Positions 15,282 to 17,146 of a DNA stretch of 17,146 nt are shown here, piece after piece (position 1 is the stretch's first letter; each line of letters begins with the position of its first letter). The notes beneath the pieces are model-generated. The model worked only from the letters and a program-made list of their open reading frames with translations, was not told the DNA's origin and searched no databases. Location: the NCBI GenBank assembly GCA_029555085.1, contig JAKPTO010000028.1, positions 1 to 17,146 on the forward strand. The letters are read 5' to 3'. This DNA comes from a bacterium. GTDB lineage: Bacteria > Patescibacteriota > Patescibacteriia > UBA1558 > S5-K13. A program made the position numbers and the translations under genes.

Positions 15282-16982
15282 TTAAAAAATTATAAGAAGA
15301 ATTAGTAAGATGATAAGAAGTATTGAGGAAATAATAATATCAGCATGTTGTTTTTTAATTTTTACAAATATATTTATCAAAAGAATTGTTATTGCTAGTA
15401 TGAGGAGTATTTTATAATAAATTGAGCTTATGCTAAATAAAGAGTTTAGTAGAGAATTGCTTTTGTGTTTTTTTGCAAAATTATATTGATTTATTGGAGA
15501 TGGTTTTGTAAGTATAATATCATCCCAATCTATGTCAGTTATTAATTCATTTCCAAAATCATCTGTTGCTTTCAATGAAACAGGAACAACAGGTTGAAAA
15601 AACGATTCTTGGTCTGTTAATAAATGTCCACTCCATTTGTTTGGAATATTTTCGTCTTTTACGAGTTGTATTTCTGTTCCTTCTATATATATACTTGCAT
15701 TTTTGGTGTCATCCGTTAAATATATTTCTGCAGATATAACATAATTATTTAAAGAATCTTTAGTTATAAAAATTTTAGTTTTTTCTGTGTCTGTGATTTG
15801 TGGAGCTGTTGTGTCTAAAATTATATTTTCAGTGCTCGTTGTTTGTGTGTCTGTTTGTGTTTCTGTTGTTTGAGTTTGTTTTTCAGCGAGAACATTTTTG
15901 TTGTTATCATTTTGAGTTGTTTGCAAGTTAGTATTATTGTTTTCTTGTTTTTCTGTTGTTGTAGAGCTTTGGTTTTCTGTCGATGTTACAGTATTTGATA
16001 AAACTAATTCTTTTTTGGATCCTGTTGTAGATGTTGAGGTTTCTGTTGTTTCAATTGTTTCTAACGGAGTTTCTACTGTTTCTTCTGGCGTTTGAGTTTG
16101 AATTGTTTTGGCAACATTTTCTGTTCCAAAATATTGAGCAGCAAATGTTGCGTCGTATTCTTTGTATTTTCCAGCTGAAATTCCAACGCCTATGTCTTGA
16201 AAATCAGGATCAATCATATTTTTATAGTGTGTGGGGCTGTTTTTCCACGCGTTCACTATTTCTTCGGCTGTTTGGAATCCTATTGCCAAATTTTCTCCAC
16301 CAAATTTGAAATTATAATTTGCTAACTTTAACCAATCAGCGACTCTTTTTCCATCTGGTCCCATGTGCGCAAAATATTGATTTATCATCATGTCTTCAAC
16401 TTTCCACATTGCAGCTTGAGTGAGTTTTGTGTTTTCTGTTAATTCCTGAATATTTAAATCTTTTCTTATTTTATTTGTGAGAGAAATTACTTTTCGACTT
16501 TCAGCAGAATAATAATCCGGACTCAATAGCGCTGTTAAAGGAGTGAGCGATGTTGCGAGAATTGTTATTAATTTTATAACGATTATGCTTACCGCATAGA
16601 ATAATAATCTCTTTGGTTGAAGAGCTTTTGGTCTGTAATTGTTGTTTTCATTAGGAACAACATAATCCCAAAAAGAAAGAGGATCTAACCCTAGTTGAAT
16701 TTCATCTCCATCTGATAATCCATCTCCGTCTGTGTCTGGATTATTTGGATCTGTTTTGTATTTATTAACCTCATCTCCATCTGATAATCCATCTCCGTCT
16801 GTGTCTGGATTATTTGGATCTGTTTTGTATTTATTAACTTCGTCTTCATCTGATAATCCATCTTCGTCTGTGTCTAGATTATTTGGGTCTGTTTTGCGTT
16901 TTTTAATTTCGTCCTCATCTGACAATCTTTTTTTATCAGAATTGAGTTGTTTACTTGCTTTTTTCATATATTTTTTATACAC
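15282..16982 (-). CDS. Membrane CAP/SCP-domain protein with N-terminal TSP3-like DxDxDG repeats and a Thr-rich linker
   Basis: KTDPNNPDTDGDGLSDGDE repeats and a TM, then CAP motifs LTNKIR...KLTQAA..K..DM....YFAH..PDG...GENLA.G......VNAWKNSPTHYKNM.DP.F.DIGVG. Two C-terminal TMs. The exact start is uncertain (GTG 16982 or the ATG five codons later). Confidence 0.88.
   Translation of the reverse strand: MYKKYMKKASKQLNSDKKRLSDEDEIKKRKTDPNNLDTDEDGLSDEDEVNKYKTDPNNPDTDGDGLSDGDEVNKYKTDPNNPDTDGDGLSDGDEIQLGLDPLSFWDYVVPNENNNYRPKALQPKRLLFYAVSIIVIKLITILATSLTPLTALLSPDYYSAESRKVISLTNKIRKDLNIQELTENTKLTQAAMWKVEDMMINQYFAHMGPDGKRVADWLKLANYNFKFGGENLAIGFQTAEEIVNAWKNSPTHYKNMIDPDFQDIGVGISAGKYKEYDATFAAQYFGTENVAKTIQTQTPEETVETPLETIETTETSTSTTGSKKELVLSNTVTSTENQSSTTTEKQENNNTNLQTTQNDNNKNVLAEKQTQTTETQTDTQTTSTENIILDTTAPQITDTEKTKIFITKDSLNNYVISAEIYLTDDTKNASIYIEGTEIQLVKDENIPNKWSGHLLTDQESFFQPVVPVSLKATDDFGNELITDIDWDDIILTKPSPINQYNFAKKHKSNSLLNSLFSISSIYYKILLILAITILLINIFVKIKKQHADIIISSILLIILLILLIIF
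16702..16929. repeat. 69-bp coding tandem repeat, about 3.3 copies
   Basis: Units start at 16702, 16771, 16840 and a partial at 16909. The first two are nearly identical and encode the 23-aa DEVNKYKTDPNNPDTDGDGLSDG. Confidence 0.9.
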
Positions 16983-17041
16983 TATTTTTTAATTTTTGTC
17001 AAATAAATCGTAATAGCCCAATAGCTTGGCAACGCTTTAAG

Positions 17042-17146
17042 TGTAATAATTAAATATATATACAATATAATAATTATTAATCTTTAAAGTGTATGGCATA
17101 TACTATTAATCCTAATTTACCAAGATTAAGAGCTAAAGCAGTTAAT
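17042..17146 (+). mobile_element. Left end of a probable IS481-like element; transposase starts at 17093 and is truncated
   Basis: TGTAATAATTAA at 17042 fits the 5'-TGT terminus of IS481 elements. ATG 17093 gives MAYTINPNLPRLRAKAVN, open to the window end, which from memory resembles CPR integrase-core transposase N-termini (MAYT.NP.LP.LR..AV). Confidence 0.65.

Noticed and set aside
16702-16929. Repeat as a CRISPR array
   Set aside because: Contiguous in-frame 69-bp units without unique spacers, and no cas genes.
16031-16992. + strand ORFs 16031-16309 and 16732-16992
   Set aside because: Antisense to the CAP gene; open because of low-complexity or repeated codons.

Overview
Very AT-rich bacterial DNA in the standard genetic code. 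The gene set and protein styles suggest Patescibacteria/CPR (Parcubacteria-like); this is an inference. The window holds mostly housekeeping and envelope genes: tyrS, an unannotated 54-aa ORF, a coiled-coil hypothetical, an archaeal/eukaryote-type Hef/FANCM-like SF2 helicase, Hsp20 and a VanW protein. A minus-strand operon follows (YvlD-like 4-TM protein, GluR0-like channel with an altered filter, metallophosphoesterase), then tRNA-Glu(TTC), rpsO-pnp, a membrane-anchored hypothetical, a small hypothetical, exonuclease III and a CAP-domain protein with DxDxDG repeats. Both window ends appear to run into the 5' ends of outward-pointing IS transposases. The strongest unexplained signals are non-coding. 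One is a ~390-nt promoter-to-terminator unit (about 13536-13926) that folds into a long closing helix plus seven or eight hairpins separated by A-rich linkers, with G-U wobbles favouring the + strand. The others are a second ~120-nt promoter-to-terminator RNA (about 15070-15192) and a candidate S15 leader hairpin. All pairings were found by eye and no database searches were run.
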